Below are positions 37,588-48,584 of a DNA stretch of 64,000 nt, in pieces. The position numbers and the translations under genes are program-made. The notes beneath the pieces are model-generated. The model had not been told where the DNA came from. It did no database searches and worked only from the letters and a program-made list of their open reading frames with translations. The stretch comes from Candidatus Bathyarchaeota archaeon (GTDB taxonomy: Archaea; Thermoproteota; Bathyarchaeia; Bathyarchaeales; Bathycorpusculaceae): assembly GCA_963733095.1 (NCBI GenBank), contig CAVTBV010000007.1, positions 1 through 64,000 on the forward strand. The letters are read 5' to 3'. Each line of letters begins with the position of its first letter. The first letter of the stretch is position 1.

Positions 37588-37759
37588 GTACTCAAAGTTG
37601 CCGTCTATTGCAATAGCAAAACTTTTTTCGCCCGAATTAGCTACTTTGAAATCTGGACTGAAGAATACTAAGCCCGCAATGCCAGAGATAAGAAGGCTTA
37701 AGAAACAGGCACACCTCTCCTTTTTTAATCATCCACTTAGAGTATATCGAGGGCGTTAG

Positions 37760-38753
37760 ATGAGGGAATTCGCGAAACCTGTTGTAGTAGTCTCAAAATG
37801 TATTACTTTCGAACCTGTTAGATGGAATGGCCAAATAATAGCAAGCGAATTCGTGGAAAAACTTAAGCCCTACGTAAATTTTATCCCTGTTTGTCCAGAA
37901 ATTGAAATAGGACTAGGCGTGCCCCGCGACCCTGTCAGAATAGTATTAGTAAACGGAGAAAAAAAACTCCTGCAACCAGCGACGGGTTTCGACTTCACAG
38001 ACGAAATGACAAAGTTCTCAGAGTTTTTCTTGGATTCTTTGGATGCAGTTGACGGTTTCATACTCAAGAGTGCCTCTCCGAGTAGTGGTTTTAAAAATGT
38101 AAAAGTCTATCCAAGCATTGAGAGAGTCTCGTCAATAGAGAAAGCTCCTGGCTTCTTTGGAGGAGCAGTTCTTCAGAAATTTCCAAATTTGGCAATTGAA
38201 GACGAGCGCCGCCTGCTTAATCCAAGGATAAGAGAACATTTTCTTACGAAACTTTTCACTTTCAGCTAGTTTTAGAGAAGTAAAAAAATCTGGGAAAATC
38301 AGAGATCTGGTCAAATTTCAATCAGATAACAAATATTTGTTCACGGCGTACAATCAAACAGAGCTAAGAATCTTGGGAAAGTTGGTGGCAAACCAAGAAC
38401 ACAAACCTTTTGATGAAACAATGATGAGTTATGAGACCCACTTGTATTCTGCTTTGGCGCGTACTCCCAGTGCTGGTGCGAACATAAATGTCATGTTAAA
38501 GATTATGGGGTATTTCTCGCATCAGCTTTCCAAGGAAGAGAAATCCTTTTTCCTTAATTCTGTCGATAATTACAGAGCAGGAAGGCTGCCGTTGAGTGCA
38601 TGCTTGAACGTTTTGAAGGCTTGGATTGTTAGGTTCAAACAAGAATACTTATCGAGTCAGACTGTGCTTGAACCGTATCCTGAACAGCTTGCAGAACTGG
38701 AAACTGTTTTCTCAGAGGTTGATGGAAAGAACTACTGGAAATTGAAAAAATGA
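37760..38753 (+). pseudogene. DUF523 (TudS)-DUF1722 (YbgA) fusion, RudS-like, frameshifted
   Basis: SKC..VRWNG, VCPEIEIGLGVPR, SPSSG, EDERRL; 1-nt insertion near 38263 splits it from the DUF1722 half (GYFS...YL..Q..L.PYP). Confidence 0.85.
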
Positions 38754-38766
38754 ATAACTAGGCAAC

Positions 38767-39687
38767 TTAATCAAATTTGTTTTTCAAAAAATTGTTCACT
38801 CGCCAGTCTTTTATTGCCAAGGTAATTGCTTTGATGGCGCTTTTTTCTTTATCTTTGATCTCCAACATTACATCGAAATCGAATTGTTTGGTCTGTTTCA
38901 AAAATAGGTCAAAGTCTTCTATGTTAATTGTTTCGGTGTGTTGCCTTGGCGATCCATTTGGTTCTTGAGAGCTATAGTCAACCATTGGAATCCCATCTGT
39001 TTTTTCATGCCATGTCTTTGTAGTAAGTTTGAAAGATTCTTCAGTTGCTAAATTCCCTGAATTGTTGAGTTTGTCATGAAAGACATCAAAAAGAATTGGA
39101 AGTTGAGTTTGAGCATTTATTTTTAGGCAGTCGTTCAAATCGTAAAGTTTATCATCGTTCTCGATTACTAAACGGCGAATTATTGAATCATCAAGTTTAC
39201 TGAATCGTGTAATAAATCTTTCAGTGCTTTTCTCTTTGTCTCCGTAAGCTCCACCGACATGGATTTGGATCTTTGCCGATGAATCTAGTTTCATCAAATC
39301 AAGTATTTCAGCGTGATATTTGAGTTCATTTTTGCTTCTTTCGAAAATATCCTCTTTAATTGAGTTAATTAGGGTAAACTGGTCTGGATGCATTGAAAGT
39401 CGCATTCTATTTTTTTTAATGAACTGGCCGATTTCTTCAAAATCTTCTTGAAAATACTCTTGCCAGTTGAACTTATTTATCGGATGAGACGCAAAAGGGA
39501 CCAAGTCTGAGGAAATTCTAAAAAAGAATAGCATATGCTCAAGATTGAACTGCAAGATTCTTGTCAAGCAGTCTAGATTATTTTTCATTGTCTGCTTAAG
39601 TCGGGTTTCAGAGTAAGATTTTAGACGAAAAGTGCTGTTTGCGGTGCAGTCAATCGTTCTATTGATACAAGGATAACCTATTCTCAT
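38767..39687 (-). CDS. uvsE: UV damage endonuclease
   Basis: MRIGYPC, FRISS, SMHPDQF, IHVGG, IENDD, MLEIKDKE. Confidence 0.95.
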   Translation of the reverse strand: MRIGYPCINRTIDCTANSTFRLKSYSETRLKQTMKNNLDCLTRILQFNLEHMLFFFRISSDLVPFASHPINKFNWQEYFQEDFEEIGQFIKKNRMRLSMHPDQFTLINSIKEDIFERSKNELKYHAEILDLMKLDSSAKIQIHVGGAYGDKEKSTERFITRFSKLDDSIIRRLVIENDDKLYDLNDCLKINAQTQLPILFDVFHDKLNNSGNLATEESFKLTTKTWHEKTDGIPMVDYSSQEPNGSPRQHTETINIEDFDLFLKQTKQFDFDVMLEIKDKEKSAIKAITLAIKDWRVNNFLKNKFD

Positions 39688-39813
39688 TACTCATCCTTCT
39701 TCCTTAAACTTAATTGATCATCTATCTTAAAGCTCTCCATTTTCGTAGTCACAGCAGAATAGTCTTGCTTGAATGATGAGTACTCTAAAAAAGGAAAAGG
39801 GATAATTTAGTAA

Positions 39814-40326
39814 TTGCTGGTGTTAGAAATGACGAAGGTAAAGATGCCAAAAATGAAAGAAAAGGAGGTCGAACAGTTAATTAGAGAACAATTCCTTTGT
39901 CGAATAGCTTTCAAAGGTGACTTGCAACCTTACATCGCTCCTTTTCAGTACGCTTATGTTAATGGTATTCTTTACTTTCATTTCACAGATTACGGTAAGA
40001 AGATGAGTTTTTTCAAGCAAGAAACTCCAGTTTGCGTAGAGATAGAACGATATACGCCAAATCTTAGCGAATATAGTTTTGTAGTGCTTACTGGAAAACT
40101 AAGATTAGTTGAGGATCAAGAAGAAAGAAAAAAGGCTATAGAAAAGATGGCTGAAATAGGCAAACAGAAAATTTCAGCAAACTTTCTGATAGCTCATGGC
40201 TTTTCACAGGGCTCCGATTGGACCGATTTTACTGCAGACAAACCGATTCTAATCATAAAGCTTGATGAAGTTACTGAAAAGATAGGGCTTAAGTCACCTT
40301 CTTACCACAAAAACTATTGCTCGTAG
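39814..40326 (+). CDS. Pyridoxamine 5'-phosphate oxidase-like (NimA-type) flavoprotein
   Basis: CRIAF...PYIAP...LYFH...GKK...VCVEI. Confidence 0.85.
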   Translation: MLVLEMTKVKMPKMKEKEVEQLIREQFLCRIAFKGDLQPYIAPFQYAYVNGILYFHFTDYGKKMSFFKQETPVCVEIERYTPNLSEYSFVVLTGKLRLVEDQEERKKAIEKMAEIGKQKISANFLIAHGFSQGSDWTDFTADKPILIIKLDEVTEKIGLKSPSYHKNYCS

Positions 40327-40441
40327 AGGAAGCGGGGAGATGTGAAAAGTGCATTTGACGATTTCTCCGCGAAACGCGCTGGATAAGCATAAGAAATATT
40401 AATTGAGAATCTGGAAAGCACTAGATAAGGAGAAAACAAAA

Positions 40442-40693
40442 ATGGCCAAAGGAAAATTAGAGAAAACAATTGTCGATCCCTATTTACCCAGCAAGATTGT
40501 TCCTCCTGAGTATATTCGGGACGTTTTGCACGAAGCAAATAACGATTTTCCAGCAATTGAGTTTGAATATGAACTACCTCACAAATGGCTAGACGAAGAA
40601 TACAAGAGTCGATACGAGGAATTGGAACGCCAAATGATGGAAGTTCTAAACTGGCGATCTCGCTGGTTCGGAAAGCTGGATGCAAACAAATAA
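40442..40693 (+). CDS. Small hypothetical protein
   Basis: AAGGAG upstream of MAKGKLE. Confidence 0.55.
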   Translation: MAKGKLEKTIVDPYLPSKIVPPEYIRDVLHEANNDFPAIEFEYELPHKWLDEEYKSRYEELERQMMEVLNWRSRWFGKLDANK

Positions 40694-40739
40694 GTCACAC
40701 ACAACTTTATTTAAACTCCGACTAATATGCTTAAAGAAA

Positions 40740-41243
40740 TCAGTTCACGTTGAGTGTTTGCCGTGGGCTGAAGCCTATTTTTTTCAAAGACATATCGATG
40801 AATTCGATCTTCTCAGGCTCTACTTTAACTAACTCTATCCCGGTCTCGGGGAATGTCTTAAGGCCAAGTTCCTTAGCAGCTTTTTCCCATTGATACGCTG
40901 CCAATCCTTCTTTAAATTCTGTTGAGTTCTCTCTGGAAATTATCTTTGCTTTTCCGGTGATTTGTACTCCTTTGGCGCTGTCCCAACCTGTGTATGGGAG
41001 GAAAATGCCGATGCTGACGTTGGGATTCTTCTTCATGTTTTCCAGTTTTGTGCCTGGTTCACCCACGAAGTAAATAGTGATTCCTTTGGAGTGATACTCA
41101 ATCGGAGTAGCCCTAGGAAGCCCATCGCCACATGTCGCAAGCACACACATATTCTGTTCCTTAAGAAACCCAACAATGCGCTCCTCCAAAACTTCGGTTG
41201 GCATGTTCTTAACAAATGTTTGATCTCTTGATTCAGAACTCAT
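40740..41243 (-). CDS. Pyridoxamine 5'-phosphate oxidase-like flavoprotein
   Basis: CVLATC...PRATP...TKLEN..KNPNVS...GVQITGKA. Confidence 0.85.
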   Translation of the reverse strand: MSSESRDQTFVKNMPTEVLEERIVGFLKEQNMCVLATCGDGLPRATPIEYHSKGITIYFVGEPGTKLENMKKNPNVSIGIFLPYTGWDSAKGVQITGKAKIISRENSTEFKEGLAAYQWEKAAKELGLKTFPETGIELVKVEPEKIEFIDMSLKKIGFSPRQTLNVN

Positions 41244-41460
41244 AACACTGCACCTTATGTTTTCCTATTTAGCAATTTTTTCTATTTAGGCATAGCGTTT
41301 CCGATCAGACTAACACGATTTGCTGATTCATAATCCTCCATACAAAAACTGGTTCAAGCGATAAAACAAAAGCTGATCGGGTAATAAAGGTCCACGATAT
41401 TTCGTAAAAGTAAGCATTAAGTACCTAAATAATACAGTAGATAAAGAGGAGAGAAGCTTT

Positions 41461-42492
41461 TTGAAACATAATTCATCGATATGTTTTGCAATAGTTGCTT
41501 TAATATTTGCTTCTATTTTGTTGCCCCTGGTCGCGGCTCATGCACCCTTGGGAACAGGTGATAACGAATCAATAGATAAGGCCGCTGTCATTCCAGACCC
41601 TACCAAGTCATGGGCTCTCTATTCCGTGTTAAACAAAGACGGTGATCCTCAATACTACACCTTTACGATCATTGCGGGCCAAACAATCCATGTAACCACG
41701 TATAAGTCCATGAGAGATAAAGACGTAACCTTTACCCCCAGACTGGTCATTATTGGACCAAACGTTACAACACAAGGGAATATCCCTTCAAAAATAACTG
41801 TGCCAACAGGCTTTAACGCTCAATTGATAAACCAGATCGCTCCCACGCCAACTTTTGAACCTTTCTCACCAGGCACATTTACAGGTTTAGCAGACACCAC
41901 CCTTGAGAACCCAACTCCAGGCAAATACTACCTTGTGGTCTTTGAGCAATCCGATACTCCAAAAGGCGGAAATTACGGTTTAGCCATCGGTGACCGAGAG
42001 ACATACACCATTGACGAATGGGTACTAATCCCCTTCAACCTCATGAACATCTACCAATGGGAAGGACAAAACCTCGCACTAATTCTAACACCCATGATCA
42101 CTTCAATAGTCGTTGGAATCATTCTTGTGGCTTGGCAACTAAGAAGACAATGCAACCTTGCAAACCCAATGGCTTGGCTAGGTGCTATAGCTGGTCTAAC
42201 ATTCATAGGCACTGCTTCCACAACGCTAAGCGAGCTAATTTCTTGTGCAACAAAAGTATCGGTTGGAGTAGAAGCTGTGATTACTCTCATCTTTGCACTC
42301 GTTCCCTTAGCCTTGGGGTTCGTTGCGCTTCGGCTGTCAATTAAGAACAGCCAAAAAGCAACCCTTCGAAAACGCATATACTTCTTAATCTTAGGTGTTG
42401 CAGCACTGTTCATTTGGGCTGGACTCATTGTGGGGCCAATACTTGCGATCATAACATCCGTAATGCCAACTATTCTGAGAAAGAAAAAATAA
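41461..42492 (+). CDS. Membrane protein with signal peptide, extracellular domain and 4-5 C-terminal TMs
   Basis: Hydrophobicity pattern; AHAP after the predicted cleavage site. Confidence 0.7.
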   Translation: MKHNSSICFAIVALIFASILLPLVAAHAPLGTGDNESIDKAAVIPDPTKSWALYSVLNKDGDPQYYTFTIIAGQTIHVTTYKSMRDKDVTFTPRLVIIGPNVTTQGNIPSKITVPTGFNAQLINQIAPTPTFEPFSPGTFTGLADTTLENPTPGKYYLVVFEQSDTPKGGNYGLAIGDRETYTIDEWVLIPFNLMNIYQWEGQNLALILTPMITSIVVGIILVAWQLRRQCNLANPMAWLGAIAGLTFIGTASTTLSELISCATKVSVGVEAVITLIFALVPLALGFVALRLSIKNSQKATLRKRIYFLILGVAALFIWAGLIVGPILAIITSVMPTILRKKK

Positions 42493-42626
42493 TCAGGATT
42501 ATTGCACTGCTAACATATCTGAAAATAAAAAAGTAAATAGACACTGAATCATTGTATTGAAAGAGCTGCTATTAAAAGCGGCCTTATGACTTTACTGGAG
42601 AGTTAATGCTTTAGGAGAATATGTAG

Positions 42627-43364
42627 TTGCGTAGACGTTACAAAATATTGATAATTGTTCTGCTTGTTGCCTTAGTGATTTTCACAGGGTTTATTGTTTG
42701 GGCTGAAACCCCTCAATCGCCTATGAAGCAAGCCATCGACGCCTTAAAATCCGATTCAAACGTCACAGTGATAAACGGTCAATGGTTGACTTTTAAACCC
42801 ACAAATGCCAATTACACCACCGGCTTGATTATTTATCCTGGTGGAAGGGTAGATTACCGCTCATATGCACCGCTTGCTCATGCAATAGCTAATGAAGGAT
42901 ACTTAACAGTTATCGTGCCTATGCCTCTTAATTTAGCGGTCTTTGGAGCTAACGCAGCAAACGATGTAATCGCCTCTCACCCAGAGATTACCTCTTGGGC
43001 CATTGGAGGGCACTCTCTGGGAGGAACCATGGCTGCACAGTATACCTATCAGAACCCATCGAAAGTACAAGGGCTTGTACTCTGGGCGGCATATCCTGCA
43101 TCGGGAAATAACCTGTCAAAATACGATCTGTTAGTAACTACTGTCCACGGAAGTAACGATGGGTTGGTAAGTACTTCCCAAATACAGAATTCTCTGGAGA
43201 TGCTTCCCCCAACAACAGTTTATGTTGAAATAGCAGGAGGAAACCATGCGCAATTCGGATATTACGGCGATCAATCAGGAGACAATCCGGCGACAATAAC
43301 AAGAGAAGCCCAACAAAGCCAAACGTTAAACGCTACAGTAGAATTATTGCAGAAACTGAAGTAG
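42627..43364 (+). CDS. Membrane-anchored alpha/beta hydrolase
   Basis: YPGG, GHSLGG nucleophile elbow, GSNDG, GGNHAQFG. Confidence 0.92.
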   Translation: MRRRYKILIIVLLVALVIFTGFIVWAETPQSPMKQAIDALKSDSNVTVINGQWLTFKPTNANYTTGLIIYPGGRVDYRSYAPLAHAIANEGYLTVIVPMPLNLAVFGANAANDVIASHPEITSWAIGGHSLGGTMAAQYTYQNPSKVQGLVLWAAYPASGNNLSKYDLLVTTVHGSNDGLVSTSQIQNSLEMLPPTTVYVEIAGGNHAQFGYYGDQSGDNPATITREAQQSQTLNATVELLQKLK

Positions 43365-43384
43365 CTTCAAGGGCAGGAATTCAT

Positions 43385-43934
43385 CTAAACATGCTTTGTT
43401 GACACGCTTGATTTTGAAGGCGAGAGTTCTACTTCTACGGCTACTTCGTTTCTGCGCATAAACCAAGGGGTAAAAGGTCCGTTATATCGCATTGTAAACA
43501 CTTGACCAACAGTTTCAATTTCTGCTTTAGTGAGCTCTTCCAGCATTTCTTTAGATTTCTTTTTGAATATTGAATTTGACCAACGACCTGAAAAACGCAG
43601 GGCATCAACAATTCTTTCAGGTATTTCAACGATTTTAACGCGTTCATCAAGTGGCTCAGGCGTGGTTTCAAGCGTTAACCCTTCAGGCATCACAAAAGCC
43701 AATGACTCAGATTCTGATAAGACAGGTGCAGTCATGGCTATTTGCTCCGAAACAACAGGAGCTGTCATCGCGATTTTTTGACTTTTGCCTATTATTACCT
43801 GTGATGAAACTAAAGAGAATATTGAAGCCGCCATCGCTATAACCATCAACCCTGGCGATCACCAAACTTGGGTAACGTCTAATCTCAACTTTGTTGATTT
43901 CTCTTAGAACTTCATATTTTGCCTGCTCGACCAT
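43385..43934 (-). pseudogene. SOUL heme-binding protein, frameshifted
   Basis: EIRRYP, FITGNN, IAMTAPV x2, FVMP, YNGPFTPWFMRRNEV; extra A in an A6 run near 43775. Confidence 0.85.
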
Positions 43935-44306
43935 AACCCTATACTATAAGCCCTCTGGATATATTGATTTTCTTGAGCGCATTAGTGTGGTTTCTCCATT
44001 TATTTTATGAATGGATTCTTCATCATTGCCGTTATTGATCTAATTTCAAGTCTTTTTCTGTAAGTGCTTAGGTTTCTAAGATTCTTCTTTTGTTATTTAT
44101 CTGATCGTTTACCTTTCAAAATCTAATCTGACATTGTTCGCTTTTAAGGAAGACAGGAGAACGCGGAAGTTTTTAATCTCGTACCTTCCTAATGATGAAA
44201 CAGTTCAATAACTCAAAAAAGACGCAAAAAAGTGTTAGTGTAAATCCGCAAATTAACAAATCCTTAACTATTGGTATAGTCTATATATAGTAAGAGATGA
44301 ATTTTT

Positions 44307-44723
44307 ATGGCAGATATAGTTGATACCGCAGTAGCGGCAGGTACATTCAAAACTCTTGTAGCGGCTGTAACAGCAGCAAATTTAGTTGACACATTAAAAG
44401 GCAAAGGTCCATTTACGGTTTTTGCACCAACTGATGATGCATTCGCAAAATTACCTAAAGGCACAGTTGATGGTCTATTGAAAGACATTCCAAAGTTGAC
44501 GGCTGTTCTAACATACCATGTCGTCGCTGGAAACGTTCCGGCAAGCGATGTAGTACAACATCCAAAACTAACAACGCTACAAGGTCAAGATCTAAAAGTC
44601 GACACTTCAAAATGGCATATGCACAAGAACGTGAAGATAAACGACGCCCAAATAGTTAAAGCAGACATTGCTGCAGACAACGGCGTTATCCATGTGATCG
44701 ACAAAGTTCTATTGCCAAAGTAG
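44307..44723 (+). CDS. Fasciclin (FAS1) domain protein without signal peptide
   Basis: [26 protein letters not shown]. Confidence 0.95.
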   Translation: MADIVDTAVAAGTFKTLVAAVTAANLVDTLKGKGPFTVFAPTDDAFAKLPKGTVDGLLKDIPKLTAVLTYHVVAGNVPASDVVQHPKLTTLQGQDLKVDTSKWHMHKNVKINDAQIVKADIAADNGVIHVIDKVLLPK

Positions 44724-44762
44724 AGTAAGGTAGAAATACCTTTTTTTTAATTATTTAGTCTA

Positions 44763-45769
44763 ATGGTGGCTTTTAGCTTGGAAGATATAGTAATAGACGA
44801 TAACCTGCATAAAACTTACGGAAAAAACGTAATTGCTGTAGACACATTTCATTTACGGTTAAGAAAGGAGAGATTTTCGGTTTCTTGGGCCCAAATGGGG
44901 CTGGCAAAAGCACAACCATTAAAATTCTCACAACATTGCTGGAAAAAACCTCTGGAAAAGCCACAATCGACGGACTAGACGTTGATGCTGATCAGGTAAA
45001 AGTTACCTGAATAATCGGTTACTCCTCACAGGAAGTAGGCGTAGATGACGATCTTACAGCACGAGAGAATCTTTTACTCCAATGCAGCTTTCACCACATC
45101 CCAAAAGAAAAAGCAAAAACAAAGGTAAACGAACTCCTGCAAACTATCCGTCTTGCTGAGGCTGCAGATCGACGATTGAAAACATTTTCTGGCGGAATGC
45201 GAAAACGTCTAGATTTAGCCTCATCCTTGGTCTCAGATCCAAAAATTCTGTTCTTGGATGAACCAACAACTGGATTAGTTCCTCAGAGTAGACAAGACAT
45301 CTGGGAGTACATAGTAAAACTGAATCGTGAAGGTATGACAATTTTTCTAACAACACAATACATGGAAGAGGCAGATCGGTTAGCTAGCCGATTATGCATA
45401 GTGGATCAAGGCAAGATCGTAGCCGAAGGAACACCCGCCGAACTCAAAGCACAAGTGGGAGAAGACAAGATCACACTACGCTTTAAAGCAGATGCTCTTG
45501 AAGGCTGCCAAAAAGCCAAGGAGTTGATGGCAAAATTGCAAGGAATCGAAGCAGTGGGTAAATGTGGAGACGGGTTAGCTGCTGAAAACGGCTTAACAAT
45601 AATGACCAAAAACGGCACCGCTTTAGTCACACAGGTAGTAAGAGCTTTAGATGGAGCCGGAATCAACGTGGAACAACTCAACCTTTCAGCTCCAACTCTT
45701 GACGAAGTCTTCCTAAAGCTCACAGGAAAAACCTTGAATGTGGTGGAACGCAAGCAAACAACAGGTTGA
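44763..45769 (+). pseudogene. ABC transporter ATP-binding protein (DrrA-like), disrupted
   Basis: GPNGAGKST reached only after a frameshift near 44858; in-frame TGA near 45008; FSGGM, LDEPT. Confidence 0.85.
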
Positions 45770-46570
45770 TGGGGAAGAAGGAGAAGATAAAAATGATAGA
45801 AATGCTATCCGAAATCGCAGCGATTTTCTCTCGTTGGAACAAGAAATTACTTCGCCAACCTATCTTGATCTTCTTTAACCTTATTCAACCGTTAGTATTG
45901 TTCTTGCTTTTTACACAAGCCTTCTCGGCGATCGGAAACATTCCTTAAGTTGCTTACAGGCTCTAGCAGTTATATTACTTTCTTCACTGCAGCAGTTATA
46001 ATACAAACAATAGCTTCTTCGGCACTTAACACCGGTCTTGGTTTGGTTAATGATTTTGATAGCGGTTTTATGGATAAAATGAGAGTAGCACCTATTAACA
46101 AATCCTCGATCTTGTTCGGCAGACTCTTCAGCAGCGCACTTACCGCAGTCATCCAAGTAGTCATAATATTAGGTATCGGTTTAGCCTTGGGAGTAAACAT
46201 GGCTTCGGGTATCGTAGGCGCGATAGTAATTTTCATTTTAGATGCCCTGTTTGGAATTGCCTGGTCGGGCGTATCCTTGTTTGTCGCTCTAAACACAAAG
46301 AACGCAGAAACCACACTATCAGTGGGTCTGTTGACCACCTTTCCATTGCTATTCTTGTCTGCATGAGTAATGCCAATCGCTCTACTTCCAAGTTGGGTAC
46401 AGCAAGTCGCAAACGTTAACCCCTTCATTTACATAGCTGAGGCGTTTCAATCACTCATCATAAATGGCTTAGTCTGGCAAAAAATAGAATACGCCCTAAT
46501 CGCAATATTCATCGTTGGTGTGCTAAGCTTAGGCGCCAGCATCTTATTGTTCAGACGAAAAGTATCATAG
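45766..46570 (+). pseudogene. ABC-2 type permease, disrupted
   Basis: Three consecutive fragments; frameshift near 45946, in-frame TGA at 46364-46366; LPSW..V..VNP motif. Confidence 0.85.
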
Positions 46571-46633
46571 CTAAAACAAAAAGCCTACAAATTTCACTAA
46601 GCGTCTCAATTGACACAAAAAAAGAAAAGATGT

Positions 46634-46816
46634 TTAGAGTTTTTCAGGGGCGCATAGGTTTTCTGCTTTGGCGGCTGTTCGCATGCAGCCTTTGCAAATG
46701 TATTTTGCATCTTTCACAAGGGGCTTTATCTTCTCTCTTGTTACTTTGTCCTCTACCATTTTGCGGAGGTGTTTTTCATGACCTGGATGAGGTTGAGCTT
46801 TCGACAAATATAACAC
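46634..46816 (-). CDS. Small metal-binding protein
   Basis: HPGHEKHL...YICKGCMRTA...NLCAP; start codon uncertain. Confidence 0.6.
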   Translation of the reverse strand: MLYLSKAQPHPGHEKHLRKMVEDKVTREKIKPLVKDAKYICKGCMRTAAKAENLCAPEKL

Positions 46817-46942
46817 CTAAATTATAAGAAAAGACTGTTGAATACAAATTTTCCACCTAAACCTTCCTCAGGTTCAGAGGCGACCGTTAGTCTAATTAAT
46901 GTAAAATACTAAAATAGAACAAGGAGAAAAGGAGGAATAACA

Positions 46943-47773
46943 ATAAATTACAAAGAAAGACAGGAAATAATTGCTAAATCCCCCATATCTCTTGGATACC
47001 TGAAAAAGTTCAACATAGGCGCAGGGACACTTCAGCTGATTAATGGCATTGTAATTCTAGCGTTGACTTTTCTTTTAACTTGGCCTAAAGGAACTGACAT
47101 CTACACCTTCTACCTAACATTCGCCCATGTTAGTCCAACAAACCCTGCAATTTTCGCAGCGCCAAACCCCCAAGTACTCTTCACTGTAACTCATCTGGGG
47201 CTGCTACTTGCTGCTTTCCCGCTGATCTCAGCACTCGCACATTTCACTATCGCTTTTCCAAAAAACAAAGCATATAACGAAAACCTCAAAAAAGGAATGA
47301 ACCCCTACCGATGGTACGAATACGCTTTTTCAAGTTCGATAATGATCTGGATAATAGCTACTTTTGTTGGAATCTGGGACTTCTGGTCGCTTGCAATGAT
47401 ATTTGTTTTGAACGCTATGATGATAATGTTTGGGTATCTTATGGAGTTGGTCAATCAGAAAACGGAGAAAACAAACTGGTCATCGTTTATTTTAGGATGC
47501 ATATCTGGCGGTTTTCCTTGGGTTGTCCTGTTTGCTTACTTCGGTGGCGCTGTAGCCTCAAGTGAGGGCAGTGTTCCAAACTTCGTTTATGTGATATTCG
47601 TTGTATATCTGGCGCTGTTCATGAGTTTCGCGGTCAACCAGGTTCTGCAGTACAAGGCTGTTGGGCGATGGAGAGATTATCTTTATGGCGAAAGAACCTA
47701 CATTGTTCTTAGTTTTGTAGCGAAAACTCTTCTGGTTTGGTTAGTGTTTATAGGGCTATTCAAACCCTTCTAA
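46943..47773 (+). CDS. heR: Heliorhodopsin, about 276 aa, apparent ATA start
   Basis: NPYRWYEYAFSSS, ALAHF, GERTYIVLSFVAK (retinal Lys codon 47723-47725); frame open 40 codons upstream of the tracked TTG to an ATA 7 nt after GGAGG. Confidence 0.9.
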   Translation: MNYKERQEIIAKSPISLGYLKKFNIGAGTLQLINGIVILALTFLLTWPKGTDIYTFYLTFAHVSPTNPAIFAAPNPQVLFTVTHLGLLLAAFPLISALAHFTIAFPKNKAYNENLKKGMNPYRWYEYAFSSSIMIWIIATFVGIWDFWSLAMIFVLNAMMIMFGYLMELVNQKTEKTNWSSFILGCISGGFPWVVLFAYFGGAVASSEGSVPNFVYVIFVVYLALFMSFAVNQVLQYKAVGRWRDYLYGERTYIVLSFVAKTLLVWLVFIGLFKPF

Positions 47774-47845
47774 CCCCCATTTTCTTTTTCATACTAAAAT
47801 CATTATTCAATTGACCTTTAACAAACGTTCTTTACACCAAGTATT

Positions 47846-47891
47846 GAGCGTTATCCTCATTTGCCGTTTGTTTGTTTAAACTGCATCTGAA
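47846..47891 (-). repeat. Dispersed copy of the 3' end of the 49214..49393 Zn-ribbon gene
   Basis: CATTTGCCGTTTGTTTGTTTAAACTGCATCTGAA nearly identical to 49221-49254. Confidence 0.8.
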
Positions 47892-48050
47892 TGGTTGTAC
47901 CAGTTGTACTCAGTTAAGGAACACACTTACCGATTACAATATGGATCGTTCAATGTAAGCGCGATTACATGGGAGGAGTTAAAAAAAAAATATACGTTCA
48001 AGTGATTTTATGAGCGCAGCACGCTAATCTTGATTTCTTAAGGATGAAAA

Positions 48051-48502
48051 CTAAGTTAAGCCTTCAAGCGACTTCTTTACCAGCTGCTTGACGATTGTTT
48101 TGCTTATGACATCCTTCGCTACAGAACTAGAAAAGTCTAACCTGTCAAAATAAATTCTCAAACTCTTTATCTTTAAGTTTTCAAACACTAAAACCTCAGC
48201 CTGCTTCGAACAAGCTTTTTCCCCATCCATGAAACACTGCGTCTACAACAAATTCTTCAAAGAATGTATTGTCCTCAACCATTATCGTAACTGGCAGCCA
48301 ACTTAATCTCGGCAACATGCTTGAATAACCAATTGAACCATTTCTTCACGCCTTCTTTCCCAAATAGTTTTACGCTGAGAAGTTCAATTTCACAATCATC
48401 AGCAAACCTTTCAACAATCGTGGGCAGATCTTTGCTTTCCAAAGCTTTGTCAAGAACCATAGCTGCCTTACGTATCTCTTCAGATAAATCAACACTGTTC
48501 AA
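48051..48502 (-). pseudogene. NTF2/SnoaL-like protein, frameshifted
   Basis: FADDCEI...GKEGVKKW continues after shifts into FFEEFVV...KIKSLRIYFDRLD. Confidence 0.75.
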
Positions 48503-48584
48503 AATTAATCACCCTTCTTTCAGTAAAGAAGTTAGCGTACTCTGGTAAATGGGTTTTTGGGTTTAGAGCACGCAACATAATGGA

